Shown: one piece after another, positions 10,267-19,553 of the stretch
Numbering within the stretch: the first letter of the stretch is position 1
How the letters are laid out: each line of letters starts with the position of its first letter
Origin: an uncultured Actinomycetes bacterium
Lineage (GTDB): Bacteria > Actinomycetota > UBA4738 > JBBDTT01
NCBI GenBank assembly: GCA_963742735.1
Contig: CAVUMN010000003.1
Span: forward strand, 898,623-962,622
Direction of reading: 5' to 3'
Length of the DNA: 64,000 bases
The notes under the pieces: model-generated
What the model was told of the DNA's origin: nothing
Seen by the model: the letters and a program-made list of their open reading frames with translations, nothing else
Databases searched by the model: none
Translations under genes and position numbers: made by a program

Positions 10267-10998
10267 CTACAACCCGCAGCGCTCCAGGAGATCGGAGAGG
10301 GCCGCGTTGAAGGCGTCGGGGGCTTCCATGTTGGAGAGGTGGCCGGCGCCGGGGATCTCGATGTAGTCGGCGCCGATGAGGGTGGCCATGTTGCGGACGG
10401 CGTCCGGCGTGGTGATCGGGTCCTCACCGCCGACGACGCAGATCGTGGGGACGTCGATCGTCGCGAGGACGTCGGTCGAGTCGGGGCGCTCGGCCATCCC
10501 GAGGGCGGCCGCGGCGATGGAGCCGGCGGGCTGACGGGCGATGATCGCCTTCATCTCGTCCCACAGCTCGGCCGGGGCGTTCGGGGAGAGGAGCGGCGGC
10601 GGATTGTCGGCGAGCTCCTGCGTTCCCTTCTCCAGGAGCATGGCCGCGAGTGCCCTGCGCCGCTCGGCGCCGGCCTCGTCGTCGGGCTCGGGCTTGGTGT
10701 CGGCGAGCAGGAATCCGGCCACCCGGTCCGCGTGCCGGCGCCACAGCGGGAACGAGGCGTACCCGCCCATGGACACCGCGGCCACCACCGCCTGCTCGAT
10801 CCCGGCCTTGTCCATCTCCTCGACCGCGCGGTCGGCGGCCTCGTCCATCGTCATGACCTCGCCCTCGGGCTCGCTGGAGCCGAAGCCGGGGAAGTTGGGG
10901 GCCAGCACGCGCGTGCGGTCCTTGAACGCCTCGAACTGCCGGTCGTACATCGAGGAGTCCAGGGGGAAGGCGTGCAGCAGGATCAGGCCGTCTGCCAT
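10267..10998 (-). CDS. alpha/beta fold hydrolase
   Basis: LLHAFPLD, PGFG.S, nucleophile elbow AVSMGG, GEDP..., GAGHLSN.E.P..FN. Confidence 0.9.
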   Translation of the reverse strand: MADGLILLHAFPLDSSMYDRQFEAFKDRTRVLAPNFPGFGSSEPEGEVMTMDEAADRAVEEMDKAGIEQAVVAAVSMGGYASFPLWRRHADRVAGFLLADTKPEPDDEAGAERRRALAAMLLEKGTQELADNPPPLLSPNAPAELWDEMKAIIARQPAGSIAAAALGMAERPDSTDVLATIDVPTICVVGGEDPITTPDAVRNMATLIGADYIEIPGAGHLSNMEAPDAFNAALSDLLERCGL

Positions 10999-11876
10999 GG
11001 GGTCACCACCTTGAGAGATCGAGGGATCACGGACAGGGTCGCCGGGAGCGTCCCGGCGGGGTCGCCGTCGGCGTAGACGCGAAACGCCCGGCCGGCGTCG
11101 ACCTCCACGGTCGCGCCGCGGAACATGTGCACCTTCGGGTGGGAGACGTGCGTCCCCTTGAAGACCTTCGGGAACGCGGCCACGAACGCGAGCTTGCTCA
11201 TGGCACCCACCGCGCAGACCTCCAGGGCGCCGTCGGTAAGCGAGGCGTCGGGGCAGACGTTCATGCCGCCCCCGTAGGAGCGGGCGTTGCCGACCGCCAC
11301 CATCATGGCCTCCTCCTCGAGGACCGGCTGCCCGTCCACGCGGATCGTGAATCCTACGGGACGGAACCCGACCAGCGTACGCAACGTCGCCGTCACGTAC
11401 TTGGGCTTGCCGCGCAGCCGGTGGATCCGGTTGGCGACGTCGTTCGCGTCCGCGTCGAACCCGGTCCCGGCGACGCACACGAAGTACCGCTCGCCGTCGC
11501 CGGAGGCGATCCTGCCCACGTCGATCGTCTCGAACCGAGGCTCGGCCAGCAGCCGCACCGAGGGCTCCAGCCCGCGCAGCCCGAGCATGGCCGCGAAGTC
11601 GTTCCCGCTGCCTCCGGGCAGCACTGCCATGGCGACGGGGGTCCCGACCAGCCCGTTGGCGACCATGCCCACCAGGCCGTCGCCGCCGAGGGCGGCCACG
11701 ATGTCGGCGCCGTCGTCCGCCGCGCGCCGGGCCAGCACCTCCGGCTCGCCGGGGCCCCGGCTCACGTGCAGGTCGTGGGGAAGCTTCAGCTCGGCGAGGA
11801 GTGCCGCCACCCGTTTGATGTGCTCCACGCCCTTGCCGCCGCCGGACGCGGGGTTCGCGACGACGGCGAGACGCAC
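10983..11876 (-). CDS. diacylglycerol/lipid kinase family protein
   Basis: NPASGGG, GGDG, PGGSGNDFA, GNARSYGGGM, YADGD. This is a typical position between tatC and helY. Confidence 0.9.
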   Translation of the reverse strand: MRLAVVANPASGGGKGVEHIKRVAALLAELKLPHDLHVSRGPGEPEVLARRAADDGADIVAALGGDGLVGMVANGLVGTPVAMAVLPGGSGNDFAAMLGLRGLEPSVRLLAEPRFETIDVGRIASGDGERYFVCVAGTGFDADANDVANRIHRLRGKPKYVTATLRTLVGFRPVGFTIRVDGQPVLEEEAMMVAVGNARSYGGGMNVCPDASLTDGALEVCAVGAMSKLAFVAAFPKVFKGTHVSHPKVHMFRGATVEVDAGRAFRVYADGDPAGTLPATLSVIPRSLKVVTPWQTA

Positions 11877-11890
11877 CGGTGCGGCCGGAT

Positions 11891-12592
11891 CTACGAGCCG
11901 GGGAGGGGGTTGAAGTCGGTGGCCTCGAACGTCCCGAGCTCCACCCGGATGTTCGTGATCTTCTGCTGGCCGTAGGCGAACAGTCGCGTCGCCACCTGCA
12001 CCTGCTCGGCGGCCTGCGCGAGGATGGGCTTGGCGTCCCTGGGCAACAGGTCCGTCGTATCCAGGGCCAGGTTGATCGCCACCTTGAACGCGCGCAGGCC
12101 CTCGAGCATCAGCGTCTTGGCGTCGATGACCTCGACGGTGTGCTCGGTGTTGCGGAGCTCGTCGGGGATCTCGATCGCGCCGACCTCCTTGATCGCCGCG
12201 TCCAGCAGGGCGGGGACCCCCTTGTTGTCCTTCTCGACCTGGGCGGGCTTGACGGTGCCGTTGCGAAGCCCGTCGAGCTGGGCGGCGAAGGTCGGCAGGA
12301 GCGACAGCTGGGAACCCGCGCCGGGCTGGGCCACGCCCTGCACCGCGAGCGTGACCCGCGAGTTGACCTCGTCGATGGCGGTGCCCTGGTTCGCCAGGCG
12401 CTCGTCGGCCTTCTGCTTGTTCCAGGTGACCAGCAGGATGACCCCGACGATCAGCAAGAGCAGCCCGACGGTCCCCCACCGCGTGCTCCGGCGGGCCAGG
12501 AACGGCCGCTTCGGCACGACCACCGCGGGCCGGGGCGCCCGGGTGCCCGTCCGGGTGCCGCCGCGCGGCTTCTTCTTGCCCTTGATCGCCAA
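11891..12592 (-). CDS. hypothetical single-pass membrane protein
   Basis: Basic N-terminus, one hydrophobic segment (WGTVGLLLLIVGVILLVTW), then a helical domain. TTG start with GGAGG upstream; fills the gap in the operon. Confidence 0.75.
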   Translation of the reverse strand: MAIKGKKKPRGGTRTGTRAPRPAVVVPKRPFLARRSTRWGTVGLLLLIVGVILLVTWNKQKADERLANQGTAIDEVNSRVTLAVQGVAQPGAGSQLSLLPTFAAQLDGLRNGTVKPAQVEKDNKGVPALLDAAIKEVGAIEIPDELRNTEHTVEVIDAKTLMLEGLRAFKVAINLALDTTDLLPRDAKPILAQAAEQVQVATRLFAYGQQKITNIRVELGTFEATDFNPLPGS

Positions 12593-12605
12593 GAACCGAC
12601 CTCCG

Positions 12606-13385
12606 TTACCGATTGAATAGGCGCGCTACGAGGATCGAAAGTTCGTAGAAGACTACCAGCGGGATCGCCATCCCGAGCATGGTGTACGGGTCCTGGCTGG
12701 GCGTGATCACCGCCGCCGCGACCACGATCCCCATGTACGCGTACCGGCGCCACGAACGCAGCTGCGCCGTGGTGATCACCCGCGCCGCCGCCAGGAAGAT
12801 CAGCACGATCGGGAACTCGAAGGAGAGCCCGAACGCCAGGATCACCAGGATCAGGAAGGAGACGTACTTGTCGATGGTGATCAGCGGCGTGATGTCGTTC
12901 CCCGCGAACCCGAGCAGGAACGACAGTGCCTTCGGCAGCGTGACGTACGCGAGCCAGCCTCCGCCCGCGAACAGGAGCACCGACGCGATCACGAAGGGGA
13001 ACGTCAGCCGCCGCTCACGCTTCGTGAGGCCCGGGGTGACGAACCGCCACAGCTGGTACAGCACGATCGGCAGCGCGATGGCCAGTCCGGTGAACAGGGC
13101 AACCTTGATCCGGATCAGGAACGCGGCCCCGACCTCTCCCGCGTAGAGCTTGCACCCGCCACCGGAAAGGGCGTCCGGCGGGGCGATGTTCGGCAGGTCC
13201 CGCAGGGCCTCGCAGTAGGGCTCCTTGAACAGGCCGAAGATCGGCTCGAAGAACACGAAGCCGGCGATCGAGGCGAACAGCACCGCCAGGACGGAGATGA
13301 CCAGGCGTCGCCGGAGCTCGGTCAGGTGCTCGACGATCGACATCGCGTCCGGGCTCACACGTCGCCGGCGCGGGATCAGGGGCAT
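12606..13385 (-). CDS. tatC: twin-arginine translocase subunit TatC
   Basis: MSIVEHLTELRRRL, YQLWRFVTPGLT..E, FGLSFEFP, AAVITPSQDP. Confidence 0.95.
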   Translation of the reverse strand: MPLIPRRRRVSPDAMSIVEHLTELRRRLVISVLAVLFASIAGFVFFEPIFGLFKEPYCEALRDLPNIAPPDALSGGGCKLYAGEVGAAFLIRIKVALFTGLAIALPIVLYQLWRFVTPGLTKRERRLTFPFVIASVLLFAGGGWLAYVTLPKALSFLLGFAGNDITPLITIDKYVSFLILVILAFGLSFEFPIVLIFLAAARVITTAQLRSWRRYAYMGIVVAAAVITPSQDPYTMLGMAIPLVVFYELSILVARLFNR

Positions 13386-13403
13386 GGGTCGGAGGCGGCG
13401 GGG

Positions 13404-13682
13404 CTAGGCGTGCCCGGGGCCCTCGCCCGTCGGCTTCGGCTCCGCCTCAGCCGGGGGTGTCTCCGCGGTCGCGGGAGCCGGTTTCTCGCGGACGGCGGGC
13501 TCGGCCGGAGTGTTGAGGTCGGTGGCGCGCTCCAGCTCGTCGCGGAGGTCGTTCGAGGCGCGCCGGAACTCCTTCAGCCCCCGGCCGACCGAGCGGCCGA
13601 TCTCGGGGAGGCGTTTGGGCCCGAAGACGATCAGGGCCAGCACCAGGATGATGATCAGCTCGAACGGACCGACGTTGCCCAT
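13404..13682 (-). CDS. tatA: twin-arginine translocase TatA/TatB family subunit
   Basis: GPFELIIILVLALIVFGPKRLPEIGRSVGRGLKEFRR; lies immediately upstream of tatC. Confidence 0.9.
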   Translation of the reverse strand: MGNVGPFELIIILVLALIVFGPKRLPEIGRSVGRGLKEFRRASNDLRDELERATDLNTPAEPAVREKPAPATAETPPAEAEPKPTGEGPGHA

Positions 13683-13704
13683 TGGGGAACCTCCGCCTCC
13701 GATT

Positions 13705-13944
13705 CTACTGGCGGGGCCTGCGCTGCAGGCGCTCGGCCTCCGCGGTGGCCGTCTCCAGGCGCGTGCGGGCCGCTTCGGCTCCCTCCCGGATGTCGGCCAT
13801 CACCGGCTCGACTTCCTGCCGGAAGGCTTGGAGCGAGCCGGCCAGCACGCGGACGTGGCGGGCGAGCCCCACGACCATCACGACCAGGATGAGCGAGGAG
13901 ACGCCGCTGATGATGAAGAAGACCGGAAGCGCGCTGGCGAGCAC
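13705..13944 (-). CDS. small membrane protein (N-terminal TM plus amphipathic helix)
   Basis: 79 aa with a hydrophobic N-terminus and coiled-coil-like C-terminus. GTG start is 6 nt after TACCCT. Confidence 0.7.
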   Translation of the reverse strand: MLASALPVFFIISGVSSLILVVMVVGLARHVRVLAGSLQAFRQEVEPVMADIREGAEAARTRLETATAEAERLQRRPRQ

Positions 13945-13966
13945 GCTCCAAGGGTACCCCAGGAGC

Positions 13967-14290
13967 TCAGGCGCCCTCCGCCAGCCGCTCCAGGAATCCG
14001 TCCGCGTGCAGCAGCTGCCGGAACGCGCGGATGTCCGCGGTTCCGAACGGCGGGAGGTCCTCGCATTCCGGGCGGATCGAGGGCTCGGCCGGCAGGCCGT
14101 CGCCCAGGTTCACCCCGGCCGAGAGCAGCAGCGCGACGACCTTGCGGTCCGCCCGCTTCAGCACGGTCGCCTCGCAGATCGGGCACAGGAAGCGGTACGA
14201 GGACTCCTCGTCCCGGATCGCGAGGTAGATCTCCTCGGGGCCCAGGTCGACCTCGCCGCAGGTCGGGCACGTAGCGCGGATGCGTGTCAC
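13967..14290 (-). CDS. hypothetical zinc-ribbon protein (two CxxC pairs)
   Basis: MTRIRATCPTCGEVDL...YRFLCPICEATVLKRAD...; C-terminal part of ORF 13967..14533. Confidence 0.78.
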   Translation of the reverse strand: MTRIRATCPTCGEVDLGPEEIYLAIRDEESSYRFLCPICEATVLKRADRKVVALLLSAGVNLGDGLPAEPSIRPECEDLPPFGTADIRAFRQLLHADGFLERLAEGA

Positions 14291-14331
14291 GCACTCTCTA
14301 TCGGCCGCACGCCCGCGAGGGTTGAGCGAAG

Positions 14332-15294
14332 CTAGCGATAGGCGGCGAGGGTCTCCTCGGCCAGCCGCGTCGCGAGCTCGCGGAGCTCGGGCGGCTCGAC
14401 GACCTCGGCCTCGCCCCCCAGACGCAGCAGGAGCTTGGCCACCCAGGCCAGGTCCTTGGTGGGGAGCACGACCTCGGTCGAGCCCGTGCCCGTGTCCGTC
14501 GCCGACTCGACCTCGTAGTACTCGGTCACCCACCGGGCGCCGGGCGAGAGCCGCAGCACGACCCGGACGTCCTCCTCGGACCGCGAGTACAGGGGCCGGC
14601 CCGCGCCCGCCAGGCCTCGCGGCTCGAAGGTCTCCCCCGTCGCCTCGGCGCTGCGGATCCGGTCCGCGCGGAACATCCGCTCGCCGTCGGCGCCGGCGTC
14701 CCAGGCCACGACGTACCAGTGCCCGACCGCCGCGAACACGTGCTCGGGCTCGATCGGGCGCTCGCCGACCTCGTCGCGGTTCGCGCTGTAGTACTCGATG
14801 CGCAGGCGCTCGTGGCGTTCGGCGGCGCGTCGCACCGTGGCCAGGACGCCGGGGGCGGGCCGGTCGGGGGTCTCCTCGGCCACCTCCACGCGGCCGGCGA
14901 GCCCGCCCAGGGCCTCCTCGCCCAATCCCTCCTCGATCTTGCGCAGGGCCGAGGCGAGGGCGTCGGACTCGGGCAGCCCGGGGGTGCCCGCGAGCGAGGT
15001 CCCGCGCAGGTACAGCGACAGGGCCTCATCCCGCGACAGCCTGACCGGCCGGGAGAGCGCATCCGCCATCGAGATCCACACCTTGCCGCCCTCGATGTCC
15101 ACGTCGACCAGGTCGCCCGGGCCGTACGGCGGGAGCCCGGTCACGAACAGCAGGTTGAGGTCCTGGACCAGGTCGGCCTCGGGGACCTCGAACAGCTCGG
15201 CCAGCTCCGACAGGCGCGTGCCGGGGTGGCGAACGACGTACGGGATCACCCGGAGCATGCGGCGCAGGCGGACCTCGGTCCTAGAGGGCGGCAC
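14332..15294 (-). CDS. pafC: WYL-domain transcriptional activator PafC
   Basis: RLRRMLRVIPYV, DLNLLFVTGLPPYGPGDLVDV, WYL region IEYYS..RDE...R.IEP...GHWYV.AW...RMFRADRI. Confidence 0.9.
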   Translation of the reverse strand: MPPSRTEVRLRRMLRVIPYVVRHPGTRLSELAELFEVPEADLVQDLNLLFVTGLPPYGPGDLVDVDIEGGKVWISMADALSRPVRLSRDEALSLYLRGTSLAGTPGLPESDALASALRKIEEGLGEEALGGLAGRVEVAEETPDRPAPGVLATVRRAAERHERLRIEYYSANRDEVGERPIEPEHVFAAVGHWYVVAWDAGADGERMFRADRIRSAEATGETFEPRGLAGAGRPLYSRSEEDVRVVLRLSPGARWVTEYYEVESATDTGTGSTEVVLPTKDLAWVAKLLLRLGGEAEVVEPPELRELATRLAEETLAAYR

Positions 15295-16219
15295 GGGCCG
15301 CCTCCAGGTGGGCGACGAGGGCGTCGCGCAGCCCCTCCGGCTCCACGAGCCGCGCGTCGGGGCCGAACCCGGCCACCCACCCGACGAACGCGGCGTCCGA
15401 GGCGACCGGGACCTCGGCCTCGACCCACCCGGGCTCGCCGGTGTCCAGCCGCCGCGCTCCCGGGACCGAGGACAGGGCCAGCCACGCCACACGCTCGCTG
15501 AACGCGACGCGCGCCGTCCCCCGCTCAGTTTCGCCGGGGGTCTGGACGTGCTCGGCCGCGCGGAAGCCCTCCGGCGCGGGGGCCCCCTCGCCGGCGTCGG
15601 CGGGGGCGGACGTCACCCGCGACAGGCGGAACGCGCGCACGGCATCCCGGTCGCGGTCGTGGCCGACGACGTACCAGGAGCCGGTCCGGTACACCAGGCC
15701 GTAGGGGTCGACGGTGCGCTGGTCCTCCTCCCCCGTCGCGCGGCGGTAGCCGAACCGGATGGCACGTCCCTCGAACAGCGCGCGGGCGATGGCGTCCAGG
15801 TGCGGCGCCTCGGTCTCGACCGCTCCCGGCTGCGGGCGCCCGGCCAGCCGGGTCAGCAGCGCGGCCTCCGCCCCCAGGAACAGCTTCTGGACCGCCGCCC
15901 CGGCGTCGGATTCCGCGCCGGAGGCGACCACGAACAGCGCGGCGAGTTCCTCGGCGGTGAACGTGAGCTCCGGCACGTAGTAGCGGTCCTTGGAGATCGC
16001 GTAGCCCTGCTCGACCTCCCACACGTCGGTGGCCTGGACCTCGAGGGGGACGCCGATGTCGCGGAGCAGGTCCTTGTCGCGCTCGAACATCCGCTTGGCC
16101 GAGGCGAGGTCTTCCTGCTGGTACGCCGGGATCAGCTCGCGGATCCGCTCGAAGGTGATCGCCGACGAGGACTCCAGGAGCAGGGTGAGGAGGTTCAGCA
16201 GGCGCTCGAGGGGCTGCAT
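15281..16219 (-). CDS. pafB: WYL-domain transcriptional activator PafB
   Basis: ERLLNLL..LL, KRMFERDKDLLRDIGVP, R.VDPYGL...GSWYVVGHDRDR.A.RAFRLSRV. An alternative leaderless GTG start lies at 16225. Confidence 0.92.
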   Translation of the reverse strand: MQPLERLLNLLTLLLESSSAITFERIRELIPAYQQEDLASAKRMFERDKDLLRDIGVPLEVQATDVWEVEQGYAISKDRYYVPELTFTAEELAALFVVASGAESDAGAAVQKLFLGAEAALLTRLAGRPQPGAVETEAPHLDAIARALFEGRAIRFGYRRATGEEDQRTVDPYGLVYRTGSWYVVGHDRDRDAVRAFRLSRVTSAPADAGEGAPAPEGFRAAEHVQTPGETERGTARVAFSERVAWLALSSVPGARRLDTGEPGWVEAEVPVASDAAFVGWVAGFGPDARLVEPEGLRDALVAHLEAARAAL

Positions 16220-16232
16220 CGGCACGGTGGCG

Positions 16233-16246
16233 ATGATAGCTACCAT
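16233..16246. promoter_or_regulatory. back-to-back -10 elements (bidirectional leaderless promoter for pafB and DUF3866)
   Basis: TATCAT on the minus strand (16233-16238) is 7 nt before GTG 16225. TACCAT on the plus strand (16241-16246) is 6 nt before GTG 16253. Confidence 0.6.
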
Positions 16247-16252
16247 GCCGGG

Positions 16253-17359
16253 GTGATCCGCATCCGAACCGGCGTGGTGACGGCGATCCTGGCCGAGCGG
16301 CCCGGGATCCAGGAGCTCACCGTGCGGGTGGACGGCGTGGACGCCCGGGCCGTGAACTACCCGGGCGCGACCGGCGCCGTCGCGCCGGGCGAGCGCGTCA
16401 TCCTCAACACCACCGCCGTCGAGCTCGGCCTGGGGACCGGGGGCGACCACTTCGTCATCGCCCGCGAGCCGCAGCCGGACCTCGACGCCGCCGAGCCGGG
16501 GCACGTCATGAAGCTCCGGTACACGCCGTGGCAGGTGAAGGTCCAGGCCGCCGAGGAGCAGGCCAGCCCGCACCACGACGCCCTGGCCGCCGCCCGTTCG
16601 CTGGACGGCCTCCCGGTGGTGTGGGTGCCGTTGCACTCGATGCTCGGACCGGCGGCGGCGGGCGCTCGGGCGGCCGGGGCGTCCACGATCGTCCACGTCA
16701 TGACCGACGGGGCGGCGCTGCCCGCCGCCTACTCCCGCCAGCTCCCGGTGCTGCGCCAGGCGGGGCTGGTCGACCGGGTCATCACGTGCGGCCACGCCTT
16801 CGGCGGCGACGTCGAGGCGGTCAACCTGTTCAGCGCGCTCCTGGTGGCGGCGGTGATCTCCCGTGCCGACGTGGCGATCGTGTCGGACGGCCCCGGCAAG
16901 GTGGGCTCCGACACGGCGTTCGGCGCAACCGAGGTGGCCGGCGGGATGGCCCTCAACGCGGCACACGCCCTGGGCGGTCGCGCCGTGGCCGCGCTGCGCG
17001 TGAACTTCGCGGACTCGTCCTACCGGCACTACGGCCTGTCGCCGCACTCCGTGACGGTGCTCCGGACGGTCGCGCTCGCCTCCGTCCACGTCGCCGTCCC
17101 GGCGCTCGAGGGCGAACAACGCGAGCGGGTGTGGACCGCCCTGCGCGAGGCGGGCCTGGAGGAGCGGCACCAGCTCGTGGAGGTGTCGGGGCAACCGGCG
17201 CTCGACCTGATGGCCGAACGAGACGTCGCCGGGGAGACCATGGGCCGCCCGCTCGCCGAGGACCCTTCGTTCTTCCTGGCCGCCGGCGCCGCCGGCGTCC
17301 TGGCCGGGCGAATGGCGGCGGGCGACGCGAAGTGGAAGCCGGCCGGCCCGGGTCGTTGA
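16253..17359 (+). CDS. DUF3866 family protein
   Basis: LNTTAVELGLGTGG.HFV, GHVMKLRYTP.Q, LHSML, VMTDGAALP, T.GHAFGGD.EAVN. Divergent from pafB. Confidence 0.88.
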   Translation: MIRIRTGVVTAILAERPGIQELTVRVDGVDARAVNYPGATGAVAPGERVILNTTAVELGLGTGGDHFVIAREPQPDLDAAEPGHVMKLRYTPWQVKVQAAEEQASPHHDALAAARSLDGLPVVWVPLHSMLGPAAAGARAAGASTIVHVMTDGAALPAAYSRQLPVLRQAGLVDRVITCGHAFGGDVEAVNLFSALLVAAVISRADVAIVSDGPGKVGSDTAFGATEVAGGMALNAAHALGGRAVAALRVNFADSSYRHYGLSPHSVTVLRTVALASVHVAVPALEGEQRERVWTALREAGLEERHQLVEVSGQPALDLMAERDVAGETMGRPLAEDPSFFLAAGAAGVLAGRMAAGDAKWKPAGPGR

Positions 17360-17447
17360 CCCGGGGAAGCGGAGCGAGCCTAGCCTCACCCCCCGCCCCT
17401 CCACGCGCCCCCTCCGTGGCCCCGCCCAGGGCCGAAGGGAGGTCGCC

Positions 17448-18158
17448 ATGTCGCCTCACCCCGTCCGTCCGGCGTTCCCGGGCCGTCGTCGTCGCCGTCG
17501 CTCTCGGGCTCGTGCTGCTGATCACCGTGGTCCCGGCCGGCGCCCACGTCACCGAGGACTTCAACCCCCTATGGCAGCAGCACATCCTGCCGAAGCTCCA
17601 GCCGGCCGGAACGATCAACCAGAGTGGCAACCCGGTGCACTGGACGAAGCTCAAGGGTGTGCCGGCGAGCCTGGCCGACGGGGCCGACTACCCGAGCCTG
17701 CTCGGCATGGGGCTCGAGAAGTCGGCCTTCGGCCACGGGCTCAAGCTCGACTTCGAAGAGATCTCCCGGAACACGGGCCCGGCGGTGTTCGCGGGATTCA
17801 GGGATGACACGGGCGAGCTCTGCACCGCCACCATGTGCACCGAGGGCTACATGAACGTGCCCCCCGGCACGTACGCGATCTTCACGAAGATCGAGCTCCA
17901 CGGGAGCATCTTCGAGGACCCGACTCTGGACGCGGACTGTGAGCTCGACGTCGGGAACCGGGAGATCATCGACACGGCGAGCTTCTTCGGCGACGCGAAC
18001 ACGACCATCCCACTCATGGGCTGCGCGCCTTCGAGTCGCAGGGCTACATCGGCGTCAACTGTCGAGCGGCGGGGGTGGGAACGGGAGAGAACCTCAAGAT
18101 CACCGCGATCAAGCTGGGCGACCTGGCGAACGGGGAGCTGCAGACCTTCGACACCTAG
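17448..18158 (+). CDS. hypothetical secreted protein (two apparent indels)
   Basis: GGGAGG then ATG at 17448. Signal peptide ...LITVVPAGA-H and motif GTINQSGNPVHWTKLKGVPASLADGAD are in a shifted frame. A second shift near 18020 gives ...GLRAFESQGYIGVNC...LKITAIKLGDL...FDT*. Confidence 0.6.
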
Positions 18159-18159
18159 G

Positions 18160-19518
18160 TCACATGTGGGCGATGAGCTGCTCCACGCGCTCGTCGCTCG
18201 AGCGGAAGGGGTCCTTGCACAGAACCGTGCGCTGGGCCTGATCGTTGAGCTTCAGGTGGACCCAGTCCACGGTGTAGTCGCGGCGCTTGGACTTGGCCTG
18301 GCGGATGAACTCGCCCCGCAGGCGGGCTCGCGTGGTCTGGGGTGGCTCGCGCATGGCCTTCGTGACGGCCTTGTCGGTGACAACGCGGTCCATCTTCCCG
18401 CGCCGCTCCATCAGGTAGTACAGGCCGCGGTTGCGGTTCACGTCGTGGTACGCCAGGTCGACGAGCGTGACCCGCGGGTGCGAGAGCGGCAGGGAGTGCT
18501 TCTCGCGATACGCCTCGATCAGCAGGTACTTCGCGACCCAGTCGACCTTGCGGGCCAGCCGCTCGGGCTTGGAGTCCGACAGCGCGTCCAGCGCGCCGGT
18601 CCACTCCTCCAGGATCTTGGTCTGGAACTCGTCGGCGCCGCGCCGCTCGTAGAACCGCCGCGCCCGGTCCAGGTACTCGGTCTGGATCTCGATCGCCGAG
18701 AGCTCCCGGCCCGTGGCCAGGCGGACCTTCTTGCGGCAGGACATGTCGTGGCTGATCTCGCGGATCGCGCGGATCGGGTTCTCCAGGGTGAGGTCGCGCA
18801 TGACCGTGTTCTCCTCGACCATCCGCAGGACCAGGTCGGTCACGCCGACCTTGAGCATGGTCGTGAACTCGCTCATGTTCGAGTCGCCCACGATCACGTG
18901 CAGGCGGCGGAACCGCTCGGCGTCGGCGTGGGGCTCGTCGCGCGTGTTGATGATCGGCCGCGAGCGCGTGGTGGCCGAGGAGACGCCCTCCCAGATGTGC
19001 TCCGCGCGCTGGGACAGGCAGTACTGGGCGCCGCGGGGACCGTGGAGGACCTTCCCGGCGCCGGCGTAGATCTGCCGCGTGACGAAGAACGGGATCAGCA
19101 CGTCGGCCATGCGGGCGAACTCTCCCTGCCGGGCCACCAGGTAGTTCTCGTGGCACCCGTAGGAGTTGCCGGCCGAGTCCGTGTTGTTCTTGAACAGGTA
19201 GACGTCGCCGGAGATGCCCTCCTCGTGCAGCCGGAGCTCGGCCGCGGACAGCAGGGCCTCGAGGATCCGCTCTCCCGCCTTGTCGTGGGCGACGAGCTCG
19301 GTCACCGCGTCGCACTCCGGCGTCGCGTACTCGGGATGGGAACCGACGTCCAGATACAGCCGGGCGCCGTTCTCCAGGAAGACGTTCGACGAGCGCCCCC
19401 AGTGGACGACCCGGCGGAACAGGTAGCGGGCGACCTCGTCGGGCGACAGGCGGCGCTGCCCGCGGAACGTGCACGTGACCCCGTACTCGTTCTCCAGCCC
19501 GAAGATTCGCCGTTCCAC
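18160..19518 (-). CDS. pafA: Pup--protein ligase
   Basis: [94 protein letters not shown]. Confidence 0.97.
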   Translation of the reverse strand: MERRIFGLENEYGVTCTFRGQRRLSPDEVARYLFRRVVHWGRSSNVFLENGARLYLDVGSHPEYATPECDAVTELVAHDKAGERILEALLSAAELRLHEEGISGDVYLFKNNTDSAGNSYGCHENYLVARQGEFARMADVLIPFFVTRQIYAGAGKVLHGPRGAQYCLSQRAEHIWEGVSSATTRSRPIINTRDEPHADAERFRRLHVIVGDSNMSEFTTMLKVGVTDLVLRMVEENTVMRDLTLENPIRAIREISHDMSCRKKVRLATGRELSAIEIQTEYLDRARRFYERRGADEFQTKILEEWTGALDALSDSKPERLARKVDWVAKYLLIEAYREKHSLPLSHPRVTLVDLAYHDVNRNRGLYYLMERRGKMDRVVTDKAVTKAMREPPQTTRARLRGEFIRQAKSKRRDYTVDWVHLKLNDQAQRTVLCKDPFRSSDERVEQLIAHM

Positions 19519-19553
19519 GGGACCAGTGTAGGTGTCGCGGGTGACGGGACTGC

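Noticed and set aside
14332-16219. WYL-domain pair as a sign of an anti-phage system
   Set aside because: Sequence and context match canonical pafB-pafC DNA-damage regulators.
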